64,000 nt of DNA from an uncultured Candidatus Saccharibacteria bacterium (GTDB lineage Bacteria; Patescibacteriota; Dojkabacteria; SC72). The position numbers and the translations under genes are program-made. Below, in pieces: positions 1-10,311 of the stretch. The stretch spans positions 120,035 to 184,034 of the forward strand of contig CAZSUV010000001.1 in the NCBI GenBank assembly GCA_964610125.1, written 5' to 3'. The stretch's first letter is position 1. Each line of letters begins with the position of its first letter. The notes beneath the pieces are model-generated. The model was given only the letters and a program-made list of their open reading frames with translations, was not told the DNA's origin and searched no databases.

Positions 1-81
1 GCACAATTTGCATCTAGAGGTAGAGTGTCAAGATTAAATAAAAGAAGATCACATCTTAATTTAGAATTAAAAGTTAAGTAA
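1..81 (+). CDS. rplV: 50S ribosomal protein L22, 3' end (partial)
   Basis: Frame 1 reads AQFASRGRVSRLNKRRSHLNLELKVK*, the L22 C-terminal pattern, directly before rpsC. Confidence 0.9.
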   Translation, partial: AQFASRGRVSRLNKRRSHLNLELKVK

Positions 82-82
82 C

Positions 83-730
83 ATGGGAAGAAAGGTCAAT
101 CCAAACGCAATAAGAATGGGAATAAATAAAATCTGGGATGCAGTCTGGTATGCAGACAAAGCTCAGTTCCCTAAGATTTTTGCACAAGATTTGAAAATTG
201 AAGAAAAGATTAGAAAAACATTGAAAGATGCAGGAGTTGATCAAGTTCAAATCATGAGATCTGCAAACAAGATAGAAGTATTGGTAAGTGTTGCTAGACC
301 TGGTGTAGCTATTGGAAGAGGTGGAGAAGGAATAGACAAACTACAGAAGGAAATGAAGAACATGACTAAGATGGAAATAGAAGTAAAGATTAAAGAAGTT
401 AAGAAAGCAGATATGTCTGCAAGAATAATTGCAAGAACAATAGCTGAAGGTATTGAAAGAAGACAACCTTCTAAGCTTTTAATGATGAGTGCAAAAGAAA
501 AAGCAATGATGGCAGGTGCAAAAGGATTGAGAATTTGGATATCAGGAAGAATCAATAACGCAAGTCAAGCAAGAACAATCAAGGTAACAGCAGGAACAGT
601 TCCAGCTCAAACTTTGAAAGCAGATATTGATTTTGCAATGGATACAGCTAAAACATTGGATGCAGGATTGATGGGTGTAAAGGTATGGATATACAAAGGA
701 ACTAAGACAGACTATCAAGACGAAGAATAA
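83..730 (+). CDS. rpsC: 30S ribosomal protein S3
   Basis: MGRKVNP..RMG, ARPGVAIGRGG, GVKVWIYKG. Confidence 0.98.
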   Translation: MGRKVNPNAIRMGINKIWDAVWYADKAQFPKIFAQDLKIEEKIRKTLKDAGVDQVQIMRSANKIEVLVSVARPGVAIGRGGEGIDKLQKEMKNMTKMEIEVKIKEVKKADMSARIIARTIAEGIERRQPSKLLMMSAKEKAMMAGAKGLRIWISGRINNASQARTIKVTAGTVPAQTLKADIDFAMDTAKTLDAGLMGVKVWIYKGTKTDYQDEE

Positions 731-749
731 ACTATTTAATTAGACTACT

Positions 750-1166
750 ATGAACTTACAACCTAAAAAAAGAAAATACAGGAAAGAATTTAGAGGAAGA
801 ATGGGTGGAGTAGCTACTGCTAACAACAAGTTGGCTTTTGGAGAATATGGAATGAAGGCTATGGAAAATGGTTGGTTGGAAGCTAGAGAAATAGAGTCTG
901 CAAGAAAAGCAATCACAGGACATATTAAGAGAAAAGGAAAAGTTTGGATCAAGGTATTCCCACAGAAACCATACACACATAAAACAGTAAACAGTAAGAT
1001 GATTGGTGGTAAAGGAGCAATTGAAGGATATGTCGCAGTAATAGTTCCAGGGACATTACTTTTTGAAATGAGTGGTGTAGATGAAGCTACTGCAAAGGAA
1101 GCAATGAGACTTGGTGCACAGAAGTTGTCTCTCAAAGCTAAGTTTGTTACAAAGACTGCAATATAG
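750..1166 (+). CDS. rplP: 50S ribosomal protein L16
   Basis: LQPKKRKYRKEFRG, FGEYG, GGKG; synteny. Confidence 0.98.
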   Translation: MNLQPKKRKYRKEFRGRMGGVATANNKLAFGEYGMKAMENGWLEAREIESARKAITGHIKRKGKVWIKVFPQKPYTHKTVNSKMIGGKGAIEGYVAVIVPGTLLFEMSGVDEATAKEAMRLGAQKLSLKAKFVTKTAI

Positions 1167-1219
1167 CTTGAGAATAAGATAAATAATTGATAGAATACAA
1201 GCCGTTACCAAATAAAAAT

Positions 1220-1474
1220 ATGAAAAAAGAAATAGCAAAAATAACAAAGAAGAGAGAGATAAGTGGAGTAGTAGTCAGCAACAAAATGACTGGTACAGTT
1301 CGTGTTCAAATCGAAGAAATATACAGTCACAAAGAATACTCTAAAGTCATGAGAAGACAAAAGACATTCTTTGCTCATACAAATGAACCATTGGAAATTG
1401 GAGATAAGGTAACAATTAGAGAATCTAAGCCATTCTCAAAGAATGTAAATTGGGTAGTTGTAAGCAAACAATAA
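1220..1474 (+). CDS. rpsQ: 30S ribosomal protein S17
   Basis: [22 protein letters not shown]; ATG 1220 preferred over TTG 1187. Confidence 0.95.
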   Translation: MKKEIAKITKKREISGVVVSNKMTGTVRVQIEEIYSHKEYSKVMRRQKTFFAHTNEPLEIGDKVTIRESKPFSKNVNWVVVSKQ

Positions 1475-1475
1475 T

Positions 1476-1847
1476 ATGGTACAAAGAGAAACATTATTAA
1501 CAATTGCAGATAACAGTGGAGCTAAGATTGCCAAAGTATTTGGTATTCCAGGAGCATCTAAGAAAAAATATGCACACATCGGTGATGTCGTTAATGTAGC
1601 AGTACAGAAAGCATTGCCAAATAGTGGAGTAAAAACACACGAAGTTGGAAAAGCAGTAATAGTAAGAGTACATAAAGAATATAGAAGAAAAGATGGAACA
1701 TATATTAGATTTGATGATAATGCAGGTGTATTGATAGATCCAAAGAGTAAAGCACCTAAGGGATCAAGAATATTTGGCCCAGTAGCTAGAGAGTTAAAAG
1801 AGAAGGGATTTGATAAAATAGTATCTCTTGCTCCAGAAGTATTGTAA
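1476..1847 (+). CDS. rplN: 50S ribosomal protein L14
   Basis: [30 protein letters not shown]. Confidence 0.98.
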   Translation: MVQRETLLTIADNSGAKIAKVFGIPGASKKKYAHIGDVVNVAVQKALPNSGVKTHEVGKAVIVRVHKEYRRKDGTYIRFDDNAGVLIDPKSKAPKGSRIFGPVARELKEKGFDKIVSLAPEVL

Positions 1848-1863
1848 TTTAAGAAATAAGAAA

Positions 1864-2262
1864 ATGAAGATTAAAAAAGGTGATACAGTAAAAATATTAT
1901 ACGGTAAGGATAGCGGAAAGACAGGTCCTGTTGTTGCTGTAGATCTTAAAAACGATATGGTTGTAGTAAGTGGAGTAAATGTTTCAAAAAGACATTTAAA
2001 AGGAGATGGTAGAACTAGAACATCTGAGATCTTAACAATAGAAAAACCAATGGCAGTTTCAAAAGTGATATTGGTTTGTCCATTGTGTGGAAAAACAACA
2101 AGAGTTGGATTAAAGAGAGAAGATGGAAAGGTAACAAGAATATGTAAGAAATGTGGAAAAGAAATAGCAGATAAGAAAGAAGAGAAAGTTGAAGTAAAGA
2201 AAGAAACAGAAGCAAAAAAGACAGTTAAGAAAACTACAAAATCTAAAACTAATACTAAATAA
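1864..2262 (+). CDS. rplX: 50S ribosomal protein L24 (two CxxC motifs, Lys-rich tail)
   Basis: MKIKKGDTVKILYGKDSGKTG KOW motif; ATG 1864. Confidence 0.96.
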   Translation: MKIKKGDTVKILYGKDSGKTGPVVAVDLKNDMVVVSGVNVSKRHLKGDGRTRTSEILTIEKPMAVSKVILVCPLCGKTTRVGLKREDGKVTRICKKCGKEIADKKEEKVEVKKETEAKKTVKKTTKSKTNTK

Positions 2263-2267
2263 TAAAA

Positions 2268-2822
2268 ATGGCTAGATTACAGGAAGAATATAACAAAACA
2301 ATAAAAGCAGAACTAATGAAAGAGGGAAACTTCACTAATGTTATGGAAGTTCCTACTCTTAAGAAAATAGTTGTAAACATTGGTGCTGGAGAAGCAATCG
2401 CTAATAAAGGTGCTTTGGATGAAATCGTAAAGATGATGGAATTGATAACAGGTCAGAAGCCAGTAGTAAACAAATCTAAGAAAGCTATTGCAGCTTTTAA
2501 ACTTAGAGAAGGTATGGAAATTGGAGTATCAGTAACATTGAGAGGTGAAAGAATGTGGGAATTTTTTGATAAGTTGATAAATGTTGTATTCCCAAGAGTC
2601 AAGGACTTTAGAGGATTGAAAACTAAGTCATTTGATAAAGCTGGGAACTATTCAATAGGTATCGAAGATCATACAATTTTCATTGAAGTTGATCCTAACA
2701 ATGTAACGAAGATAAGAAGCTTGGAAGTAACAATAGTTACTACTGCTAAGGATGCGAAGAGTGGAAAATTACTTTTAGATAAATTTGGATTTCCTTTCAT
2801 AAAAGATGTCAACAGAAGCTAA
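2268..2822 (+). CDS. rplE: 50S ribosomal protein L5
   Basis: [29 protein letters not shown]. Confidence 0.98.
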   Translation: MARLQEEYNKTIKAELMKEGNFTNVMEVPTLKKIVVNIGAGEAIANKGALDEIVKMMELITGQKPVVNKSKKAIAAFKLREGMEIGVSVTLRGERMWEFFDKLINVVFPRVKDFRGLKTKSFDKAGNYSIGIEDHTIFIEVDPNNVTKIRSLEVTIVTTAKDAKSGKLLLDKFGFPFIKDVNRS

Positions 2823-3000
2823 AGAATACAAAGCAAGACAGTTAAAAATAAAGTCTAAATATACTACAAGGGTATACAATAGATGTGAGTTATGTGGAAG
2901 ATCTAGAGGATACATCAGACATTATGGAATTTGTAGAATATGTTTTAGACAGTTAGCGAGTGAGGGAAGAATCCCTGGTGTTCAAAAGTCAATTTGGTAA
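2806..3000 (+). CDS. rpsN: 30S ribosomal protein S14 (Zn-binding, type Z)
   Basis: [23 protein letters not shown]. Confidence 0.96.
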   Translation: MSTEAKEYKARQLKIKSKYTTRVYNRCELCGRSRGYIRHYGICRICFRQLASEGRIPGVQKSIW

Positions 3001-3020
3001 TTTAATTATATATAAATAGA

Positions 3021-3398
3021 ATGAACGATTTAATTGCTGATTTGTTAGCAAGAATGCAAAACTCAATAATGAGAAAAGAAAGAGTTGTTAACGTAATCAA
3101 TACAAAGATGAATATGGAACTCTTAAGGGTACTTAAGGAAGAAGAGATGATTAAAAGCTTTGAAGCTAAGGATAAGAACATTGAAGTAGAATTAGCATAT
3201 GATGGAAATGAACCAGTAATTGCTCACTTCACAAGAGTAAGCAAATTGGGTCAAAGAATTTATGTGTCTAAAAAAGAGATAACTCCAGTTATGAATGGAA
3301 GAGGTATTGCAATAATCAGTACACCTTCTGGATTAATGAGTGGAGCAATGGCTAAAAGCAAGGGCTTAGGCGGTGAATTAATATGTAAAATCTGGTAA
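3021..3398 (+). CDS. rpsH: 30S ribosomal protein S8
   Basis: DLIADLLARMQN, IISTPSG, GGEL. Confidence 0.97.
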   Translation: MNDLIADLLARMQNSIMRKERVVNVINTKMNMELLRVLKEEEMIKSFEAKDKNIEVELAYDGNEPVIAHFTRVSKLGQRIYVSKKEITPVMNGRGIAIISTPSGLMSGAMAKSKGLGGELICKIW

Positions 3399-3403
3399 TT
3401 GAA

Positions 3404-3946
3404 ATGTCTAGAATAGGTTTAAAACCAATCACAATTGAAGATGGAGTAACAGTATTAATAAATGGAGCTGATATTACAGTTACAGGACCTAAGGGTGAAT
3501 TAAAGTTTACTCTTCCTAAAGATATTAGCGTAGAGGTTAAAGAGAATGTAATATATCTATCTTCAGTAGAAGATACAAAGCAATCTCACTCTAACCATGG
3601 TACATTTAGAATGTTAATCGCAAATGCAGTTGAAGGTGTAAAAAATGGATTTGAAAAGAAATTAGAATTGGTAGGTGTTGGTTACAGAGCGAGAATGGAA
3701 GGATTAACATTAGTAATGAGCCTAGGATGGAACCATCCTACAAAAGTTGAACCAGTAGCAGGAATCGATCTAGAGGTACCTGATGAAACAAAGATAACGG
3801 TAAAAGGATTTGATAAACAACAGGTTGGTGAGTTTGCTGCTAAAATAAGAGCAATCAGAAAACCAGAGCCATATAAAGGAAAAGGAATCAGATATGAGGG
3901 TGAATATGTTAAGAGAAAGAGTTCTAAATCTAGTTTAGGTAAATAA
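3404..3946 (+). CDS. rplF: 50S ribosomal protein L6
   Basis: MSRIG, GPKGEL, PEPYKGKGIRY. Confidence 0.98.
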   Translation: MSRIGLKPITIEDGVTVLINGADITVTGPKGELKFTLPKDISVEVKENVIYLSSVEDTKQSHSNHGTFRMLIANAVEGVKNGFEKKLELVGVGYRARMEGLTLVMSLGWNHPTKVEPVAGIDLEVPDETKITVKGFDKQQVGEFAAKIRAIRKPEPYKGKGIRYEGEYVKRKSSKSSLGK

Positions 3947-3948
3947 GA

Positions 3949-4272
3949 ATGAAAAATACTAAAGAACAAAAAAGAGCAAGAAGAAAATTGCATATAAGAA
4001 AGAATGTGAATGGTACTGCAACTAAGCCTAGAATTTTTGTATTCAAAAGCAACAAATTCTTCTATGCAGGTATTGCAGATGATGAAAAGAATATTGTTCT
4101 TAAGTCTGTAATGTGTAAGAAGAATGCAGAAGGAATCAAAGGAATGGCTACAACATTTGGAAAAGAAGTTGCAAAATTTGATAGTGCAGTATTTGATAGA
4201 AGTGGTTACAGATATCATGGTTTAATCCAGATATTTGCAGACGAATTAAGAGCAAACGGAGTTAAAATTTAG
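3949..4272 (+). CDS. rplR: 50S ribosomal protein L18
   Basis: KPRIFVFKSN, VFDRSGYRYHG. Confidence 0.96.
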   Translation: MKNTKEQKRARRKLHIRKNVNGTATKPRIFVFKSNKFFYAGIADDEKNIVLKSVMCKKNAEGIKGMATTFGKEVAKFDSAVFDRSGYRYHGLIQIFADELRANGVKI

Positions 4273-4287
4273 TTTAATACAAAAGAG

Positions 4288-4917
4288 ATGGTAGATCTAA
4301 GAAGAAACAACAAAGAAAGAAAAGAATTTGATAAGAAGTCTCTTGCAATAAGAAGAGTCGCTAAAGTTACCAAGGGTGGTAAAAGATTGCGATTCAGCAC
4401 TATTGTAATTGTTGGAGATCATAATGGTCGAGTTGGAATTGGACTTGGAAGAGGTGCTGATGTTAAAAGCGCAGTAGAAAAAGGAGAAAGATTAGCAACT
4501 AAATCTGTAACAGCTATACAGTTGATTGGGGACACCATCCCACACGAGGTTGTTTACAAATATGGTGCAGCTGAAGTTATGTTAAGACCTGCAAGACCAG
4601 GTACTGGTGTAATCGCAGGATCTTCAGTAAGAACAGTATTAGAATTGGCAGGAGTATTAAATGTATATGGTAAAATATTAGGAACACAAGAAGTTAATGC
4701 AAATGCATACTGTACTGTAGAAGCTTTGAAATCATTGAGAAATGGAAGAGTATTAAGAAAAATGACAAAGATGAGAGCAAGAGTTGATTTGAAGAATGAA
4801 ATGGATAAAGAAAAGAAAGCTAAAGATGATGTAAAGAGACAGAAGAAATATGAAGCTAAAAAAGAAGCATTCAAAAAAGAAAACAAGAGAACACCTAAAG
4901 TAAGTAATAAAAAATAA
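4288..4917 (+). CDS. rpsE: 30S ribosomal protein S5 with charged C-terminal extension
   Basis: RVAKVTKGGKR, PARPGTGVIAG. Confidence 0.98.
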   Translation: MVDLRRNNKERKEFDKKSLAIRRVAKVTKGGKRLRFSTIVIVGDHNGRVGIGLGRGADVKSAVEKGERLATKSVTAIQLIGDTIPHEVVYKYGAAEVMLRPARPGTGVIAGSSVRTVLELAGVLNVYGKILGTQEVNANAYCTVEALKSLRNGRVLRKMTKMRARVDLKNEMDKEKKAKDDVKRQKKYEAKKEAFKKENKRTPKVSNKK

Positions 4918-5360
4918 TGTATCTAGAAAACATACCAAAAAGAAACAATAGAACAATGAAGGGAAAGAGAATCGGAAGAGGATATGGATCCGGTGTTGGT
5001 GGTCACACAGTTGGTAGAGGTTCTAAAGGACAGAAATCAAGAACAGGACACAAATCATTGGAATTCTTTGAAGGTGGTAATGTTGCTTTCTACAGAAGAA
5101 TGCCTAAATACAAAGGTTTCAACCAGAGCAGAAAGATTGAAAATGATGCAGTAAACGTAAATACATTAGAAAAGGAATTTAAAGCAGGTGAGGTTGTGTC
5201 AGTAGATACATTGAAAGAAAAAGGTATTATCAAAAAGAACTCTCAAGGTGTAAAAATCTTGGGTAAGGGTGAAATCAAAATCAAACTCAATATCGAAGGT
5301 GTTGCAGTCTCCGCCGCTGCAAAAGAGAAGATCATGAAAGCCGGGGGAACTATTAAATAG
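4917..5360 (+). CDS. rplO: 50S ribosomal protein L15
   Basis: RIGRGYGSG, GRGSKGQKSR, FEGG, KILGKG. Confidence 0.98.
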   Translation: MYLENIPKRNNRTMKGKRIGRGYGSGVGGHTVGRGSKGQKSRTGHKSLEFFEGGNVAFYRRMPKYKGFNQSRKIENDAVNVNTLEKEFKAGEVVSVDTLKEKGIIKKNSQGVKILGKGEIKIKLNIEGVAVSAAAKEKIMKAGGTIK

Positions 5361-5371
5361 CCTCTCAAAAA

Positions 5372-6637
5372 ATGACAAATCTAAAAGAGAAAATCCTGTC
5401 CCTTTTCAGGACAAAGGAGATTAGAAATAAAATCATATTTTCACTATTAATTCTTGTTGCATACAGAGTGCTTTCTGCTATCCCAGTCTCAGGTATACCA
5501 GCAGAAGCCTTAGTTCAACTATTTAAGGGAACTCAGTTAGGGGATGTATTATCTACTGTATCAGGCGGTGTTTTAGAATCCGCTTCATTAGTAGCTATCG
5601 GATTAACACCATACATTAACGCATCAATCATATTCCAACTCTTAGGAACAGTAATTCCAAAACTCGCAGAATTAAGAAAAGAAGGCGCAGATGGGAGAAG
5701 AAAGATTAGTATGTATACTAGAATCGCAACCGTACCTTTGGCTATACTTCAATCATTTGTTATATATTCAACTCTAAGAGGATTTGGGTTAATAGATACA
5801 TTAGGTACATTGGAGTTAGTAGGAATGTCTGCTGCTTTAACCGCAGGATCTATGATTATGATGTGGTTTAGTGAACTCATATCTGAACAAGGTGTTGGTG
5901 GAGGATCTTCATATCTCATTATGTTAGGAATTCTCTCGGGAATCCCAGGTACAGTTAGAACCAACTTCATAACTATGGATCCAACGCAGAAAATATTATT
6001 CTTTGTAGTCGCAATTGTTTTGGTAGTTTCTACAATTATAATCACTCAAGCAGAACGAAGAATCCCAATTCAATACTCAAGGAGAGTAAGAGAGGGTGGA
6101 GCTATGGACAGCTATATCCCTATCAAACTAACTCAATCTGGAGTTATGCCTGTAATCTTTGCAATGTCACTATTATCATTCCCTCAATTAATTGCAAAGT
6201 TTTTGGTAAGTAAGAATTACTCTGAAGGTTTAACTACCTTCGCAAATAATGTGCAAACATGGCTATCCAATACCTATATCTATGAATCTATGGTCTTTAT
6301 ATTCATCATTGCATTCGCACTCTTCTACCTAACCGTAGTATTCAATACCGACGAGTTAGCAGAAAATCTTCAAAAACAAGGTGCCTTTATACAAGGTGTT
6401 AGACCTGGTAATACCACCTCTGACTATTTGAAATCCACAGCATTAAAACTAACCGTTGTAGGTGCCTTATTCCTGGCTTTAGTATCTGTATTACCAAGCT
6501 TCATGATCCATTTCGGACTCATTACAGCAAGCGTAATAACGGGTACAGGGCTTTTGATTGTCATAGGAGTGATCCTTGACATGAAGAGGCAGGTAGAGTC
6601 TATGATGGTTGTGAGAAAATACGACAAGTATCTTTAG
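5372..6637 (+). CDS. secY: preprotein translocase SecY
   Basis: Multi-TM; GLTPYINASII, SGVMPVIFA, GVRPG, GTGLLI. Confidence 0.98.
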   Translation: MTNLKEKILSLFRTKEIRNKIIFSLLILVAYRVLSAIPVSGIPAEALVQLFKGTQLGDVLSTVSGGVLESASLVAIGLTPYINASIIFQLLGTVIPKLAELRKEGADGRRKISMYTRIATVPLAILQSFVIYSTLRGFGLIDTLGTLELVGMSAALTAGSMIMMWFSELISEQGVGGGSSYLIMLGILSGIPGTVRTNFITMDPTQKILFFVVAIVLVVSTIIITQAERRIPIQYSRRVREGGAMDSYIPIKLTQSGVMPVIFAMSLLSFPQLIAKFLVSKNYSEGLTTFANNVQTWLSNTYIYESMVFIFIIAFALFYLTVVFNTDELAENLQKQGAFIQGVRPGNTTSDYLKSTALKLTVVGALFLALVSVLPSFMIHFGLITASVITGTGLLIVIGVILDMKRQVESMMVVRKYDKYL

Positions 6638-6697
6638 CCCTTAGACTATTTCATGCTACAATATTGCAGTTAATCTGATCTAGATATATTCAGCTTT

Positions 6698-7345
6698 ATG
6701 AAAACTATACTTTTTCATGGACCTTCAGGGTGCGGTAAAGATACTCAAGCAGATTTATTAGTGAAAAACTATAGATTTGAAAAGATAGTGACTGGGGAAA
6801 TGTTTAGGACTATGTATGATATGGCTGATATAGATGGAATAAAAGCTCATGAGGCATGGGGAAAGGGAAAATTTGTACCTGACGATATCACTTATAGAAT
6901 GCTCCCAAGATGGCTTACCAGATTTAATCCCACTAAGGACTGGATATTTGTGTCTGTAGTAAGAAGCCAGGGTCAAATTGCATTGTTCGATAATCTCTTG
7001 AAAGAATCTAGCAGAAACTTAGATGCATTTATACATTTTAAACTTTCTGAAGAAGCTGCAATTGAAAGAATGTCATTGAGATGGGTGTGTCCTAATTGTA
7101 ATCAAATCTATCATGAGAAATACAAAAAAGAACGGATCCAAGGCTTTTGTGATGCTTGCGGTATGAGGTTAATCCAACGCGAAGATGACCAACCAGAAAG
7201 GATAAAAAGCAGGTTGGAAGAGTACAACAGGACCATACAACCAATCTTGGATGAATATCGAAATAGGGGGATTCTCATTGAAATTGATGCAAGTCCATCG
7301 ATAGAGGAGATACAGAAGGAAATAATCACTAAATTGAACTTGTAA
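6698..7345 (+). CDS. adk: adenylate kinase family NMP kinase with Zn-lid
   Basis: GPSGCGKDTQ P-loop, CPNC..CDAC lid, QREDD; follows secY. Confidence 0.9.
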   Translation: MKTILFHGPSGCGKDTQADLLVKNYRFEKIVTGEMFRTMYDMADIDGIKAHEAWGKGKFVPDDITYRMLPRWLTRFNPTKDWIFVSVVRSQGQIALFDNLLKESSRNLDAFIHFKLSEEAAIERMSLRWVCPNCNQIYHEKYKKERIQGFCDACGMRLIQREDDQPERIKSRLEEYNRTIQPILDEYRNRGILIEIDASPSIEEIQKEIITKLNL

Positions 7346-7420
7346 ATACCTTCATTTTTTGATATCCTTACCCTGTTCCGTTGTGTATCACAAGAATGTA
7401 TATCAAAATAGCATTTTGTA

Positions 7421-7449
7421 TTGAAAGAACGTCACTATTCTGATATAAT
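7421..7449 (+). promoter_or_regulatory. sigma70-type promoter of the infA-alpha operon
   Basis: TTGAAA-17 nt-TATAAT with TG extension. Confidence 0.7.
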
Positions 7450-7485
7450 TCCTGAGATTCATTTACATAGAAGAAAGACCGTACT

Positions 7486-7722
7486 ATGATCGATAGCAAA
7501 AAAGTTTACGAATTCGAAGGGGTAGTCAAAGAATGTCTTCCCAATACTCAATTCGTAGTCGAGATCAATGTAAATGGAGCTAAGCACGATGTGATAGGGT
7601 ACCTTTCTGGAAAAATGCGAATGCATTTCATCAGAATTCTCGAAGGAGATAAGGTAAAGATAGAAATGACACCCTATGACAAAGAAAAGGGTCGAATTAC
7701 TTTTAGATCAATGAATAAATAA
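7486..7722 (+). CDS. infA: translation initiation factor IF-1
   Basis: [33 protein letters not shown]. Confidence 0.98.
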   Translation: MIDSKKVYEFEGVVKECLPNTQFVVEINVNGAKHDVIGYLSGKMRMHFIRILEGDKVKIEMTPYDKEKGRITFRSMNK

Positions 7723-7723
7723 A

Positions 7724-7840
7724 ATGAAAGTCCAAGCTTCTGTTAAAAAGAGATGTCCAGATTGTTATTCCGTTAAGAGAGGTGGAAGAGTTTTCGTTTA
7801 CTGTAAGAAGAACGCTAAGCATAAACAAAGACAAGGTTAA
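7724..7840 (+). CDS. rpmJ: 50S ribosomal protein L36 (not in the ORF track)
   Basis: Manual translation [38 protein letters not shown]. Confidence 0.97.
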   Translation: MKVQASVKKRCPDCYSVKRGGRVFVYCKKNAKHKQRQG

Positions 7841-7869
7841 TTTAACTTTTTAGTTTTTACAAATTTAAG

Positions 7870-8253
7870 ATGGCAAGAATCGCAGGAATAGAAGTAACAA
7901 ATGAAAAGAAAATATGGATTTCCCTCATGGGAATTTACGGTATTGGTACAAAGCGAGCACATGATATTTGTAAAGACACAAACATTGATGAAAATACTTT
8001 AGTTAAGGATCTCTCCGAAGCTCAATTAGATGTAATCAGAAAATACATCGAAGAGAAGTATCAGGTAGAGGGAGCTTTAAGACAAGGCATATTCAGAGAT
8101 ATCAAAAGATTGAAGGATATCAGATGTTACAGAGGAATCCGACATAAATTAGGATTACCTGTAAGAGGTCAGAGAACAAGACATAATGCACATACTAGAA
8201 AAGGTAAGACTAGAGCAGTTGGTGGTTTAAAGAGAGTACTTGCTAAAACTTAA
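7870..8253 (+). CDS. rpsM: 30S ribosomal protein S13
   Basis: MARIAG, IYGIG, GLPVRGQRT. Confidence 0.98.
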   Translation: MARIAGIEVTNEKKIWISLMGIYGIGTKRAHDICKDTNIDENTLVKDLSEAQLDVIRKYIEEKYQVEGALRQGIFRDIKRLKDIRCYRGIRHKLGLPVRGQRTRHNAHTRKGKTRAVGGLKRVLAKT

Positions 8254-8271
8254 CATCATTTAAATATTTTA

Positions 8272-8688
8272 ATGGCAGATACAAAAACAGCAAAAACAAC
8301 CAAATCAACAAAGGTAATCAAGAAGAAAGCAAAAAAAAGCGTAAACACAGGTATGGCTTTTGTTCAATCAACATTCAACAATACAATTATCACATTAACA
8401 GATGAAGCTGGAGAAGTATTAGGACAGGGTAGCCCAAGTGCAGTTGGATTCAAAGGTGCTAAGAGAAGCACAGCCTTCGCAGCTACAAAAGCAGCAACAG
8501 AATTAGGTGAAAGAGTTGTTAAGAAATATGGATTAAAAGAAGTTAAGGCATTTATAGCTGGACCTGGAGCAGGCAGAAATGCTTCAATCAAAGGATTGGA
8601 TGCAGCTGGAATAAAGATCACAATGTTGGTAGACAGAACACCTATTCCTCACAATGGATGCAGACCAAGAAAAATACCAAGAAAGTAG
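8272..8688 (+). CDS. rpsK: 30S ribosomal protein S11
   Basis: STFNNTIITLTD, GPGAGR, TPIPHNGCRP. Confidence 0.98.
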   Translation: MADTKTAKTTKSTKVIKKKAKKSVNTGMAFVQSTFNNTIITLTDEAGEVLGQGSPSAVGFKGAKRSTAFAATKAATELGERVVKKYGLKEVKAFIAGPGAGRNASIKGLDAAGIKITMLVDRTPIPHNGCRPRKIPRK

Positions 8689-8713
8689 TTAATATTTTTA
8701 GATTTATATATAG

Positions 8714-9325
8714 ATGGGTAGATATACCGGACCAAAAGAAAAACTAAGTAGAAGAGAGGGTGTGAATCTTCACCTTAAAGGTGAGAGATCATTCTCAGAT
8801 AAAGCAGGATCAGTCAGAAGACCTTTTGCTCCTGGTCAACACGGTAATGATAGAAAAGCAAGATTATCCAACTACGGAATTCAACTCAGAGAAAAACAGA
8901 AAGTTAAGAGAACCTATGGATTAAGAGAAAGAAAGATGAAGAGTGTATACATGGAAGCAGATAGAAGAGCAAAGACAAGAAATACAGATAAAGGTATGGA
9001 GCTTCTAAAGATGTTGGAATTGAGATTAGATAATGTTGTTTACATGGCAGGATTAACACCTTCAAGAGGTGCTGCAAGACAGGCAATTGTACACGGAAAC
9101 ATGATTTTAAATGGAAAGAAAATGTCTATACCTTCATATGAAGTAAAAGAAGGTGATGTCGTGACTTTGAAATTGGCAAAACTTGCACCAGCACAGCAAT
9201 TGTTCCCAACTCCTACATGGTTAGAGAGAAAGGACTTGAGTTGTAAGGTATCAAGAATGCCTGTTAGAGAAGATATTGATGAGGGTATTAGAGAAAACCT
9301 AATCATTGAGTTCTACTCTAGATAA
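8714..9325 (+). CDS. rpsD: 30S ribosomal protein S4
   Basis: MGRYTGP, PGQHG, QLREKQK, LELRLDN, IEFYSR. Confidence 0.98.
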   Translation: MGRYTGPKEKLSRREGVNLHLKGERSFSDKAGSVRRPFAPGQHGNDRKARLSNYGIQLREKQKVKRTYGLRERKMKSVYMEADRRAKTRNTDKGMELLKMLELRLDNVVYMAGLTPSRGAARQAIVHGNMILNGKKMSIPSYEVKEGDVVTLKLAKLAPAQQLFPTPTWLERKDLSCKVSRMPVREDIDEGIRENLIIEFYSR

Positions 9326-9343
9326 TTTTATATATACATCTAC

Positions 9344-10306
9344 ATGGAAGCTTTTAAAGATATTAAAGTAGTAATTAAAGAAGAGAATGAAAACTATGGA
9401 ATGTTTGAAATATCTCCTCTCCCAAGAGGATATGGTCATACATTAGGCAATGCATTGAGAAGAATCTTGTACTCCAGTCTTAAAGGAACAGGAATCACTA
9501 GTGTAAAAGTCAAAGGTGTAGATCATGAATATTCAACATTGGACGGTGTTAAAGAGAATGTTGTAGATATAATCATGAATCTTAAGCAGATCAAATTCAA
9601 AACAGGTGTAGATGAGAAATTTACATGTAAGATTTCGGTAAAAGGAAAGAAAGTTGTAACGGCAGGAGATATAGAAGTATCTGGAGATTTGGAAGTTGTA
9701 AACAAAGATTTGGTATTAGCAACATTGACTGATGCAGGATCAAAATTAGAAATGGAATTAACAGTAGAATCAGGAGTTGGTTACAGAGATGTCAAGAATG
9801 CAGAAAGAAAAGAAGTTGGATTGATTCCTTTGGATTGTGATTTCACACCAATCGAAAAGATTAGCTTAAGCGTAGAACAAGCTCGTAAGGGACAGGAAAC
9901 TGACTTGGATGCAGTATTGCTAGGAGTCACAACCGATGGTAGCATTACACCTAAAGATGCATTGGTAGAATCTTCAAAGATTCTTCAAGAATTTGCAGGG
10001 AAAGTAATGGTAGCTATGGGAATGTCTCAGAAGGAAGTAGTTGAATTAGCAGAAGAAGCAAATAAAGCAGAAGTCGTCGCAGAAACAACATCTGAAGAGA
10101 GTGACGAAATTGGATCATGGAAAGTTGAAGATTTGCCAATTTCGAAGAGATCTAAAACAGGTCTATTAGCTGGTGGGTACAAGACTATTGCAGATTTGAG
10201 AAATACAACAGCAACTGAACTATTGAACTTACCTGGATTTGGAAACAAATCATTGAATGAAGTTATCGAACTTTTAAATCAGTACGGTGTTAATATTAAG
10301 AACTAA
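9344..10306 (+). CDS. rpoA: RNA polymerase alpha subunit
   Basis: PLPRGYGHTLGNALRRIL, HEYST..GVKE, alpha-CTD. Confidence 0.98.
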   Translation: MEAFKDIKVVIKEENENYGMFEISPLPRGYGHTLGNALRRILYSSLKGTGITSVKVKGVDHEYSTLDGVKENVVDIIMNLKQIKFKTGVDEKFTCKISVKGKKVVTAGDIEVSGDLEVVNKDLVLATLTDAGSKLEMELTVESGVGYRDVKNAERKEVGLIPLDCDFTPIEKISLSVEQARKGQETDLDAVLLGVTTDGSITPKDALVESSKILQEFAGKVMVAMGMSQKEVVELAEEANKAEVVAETTSEESDEIGSWKVEDLPISKRSKTGLLAGGYKTIADLRNTTATELLNLPGFGNKSLNEVIELLNQYGVNIKN

Positions 10307-10311
10307 AAAAC

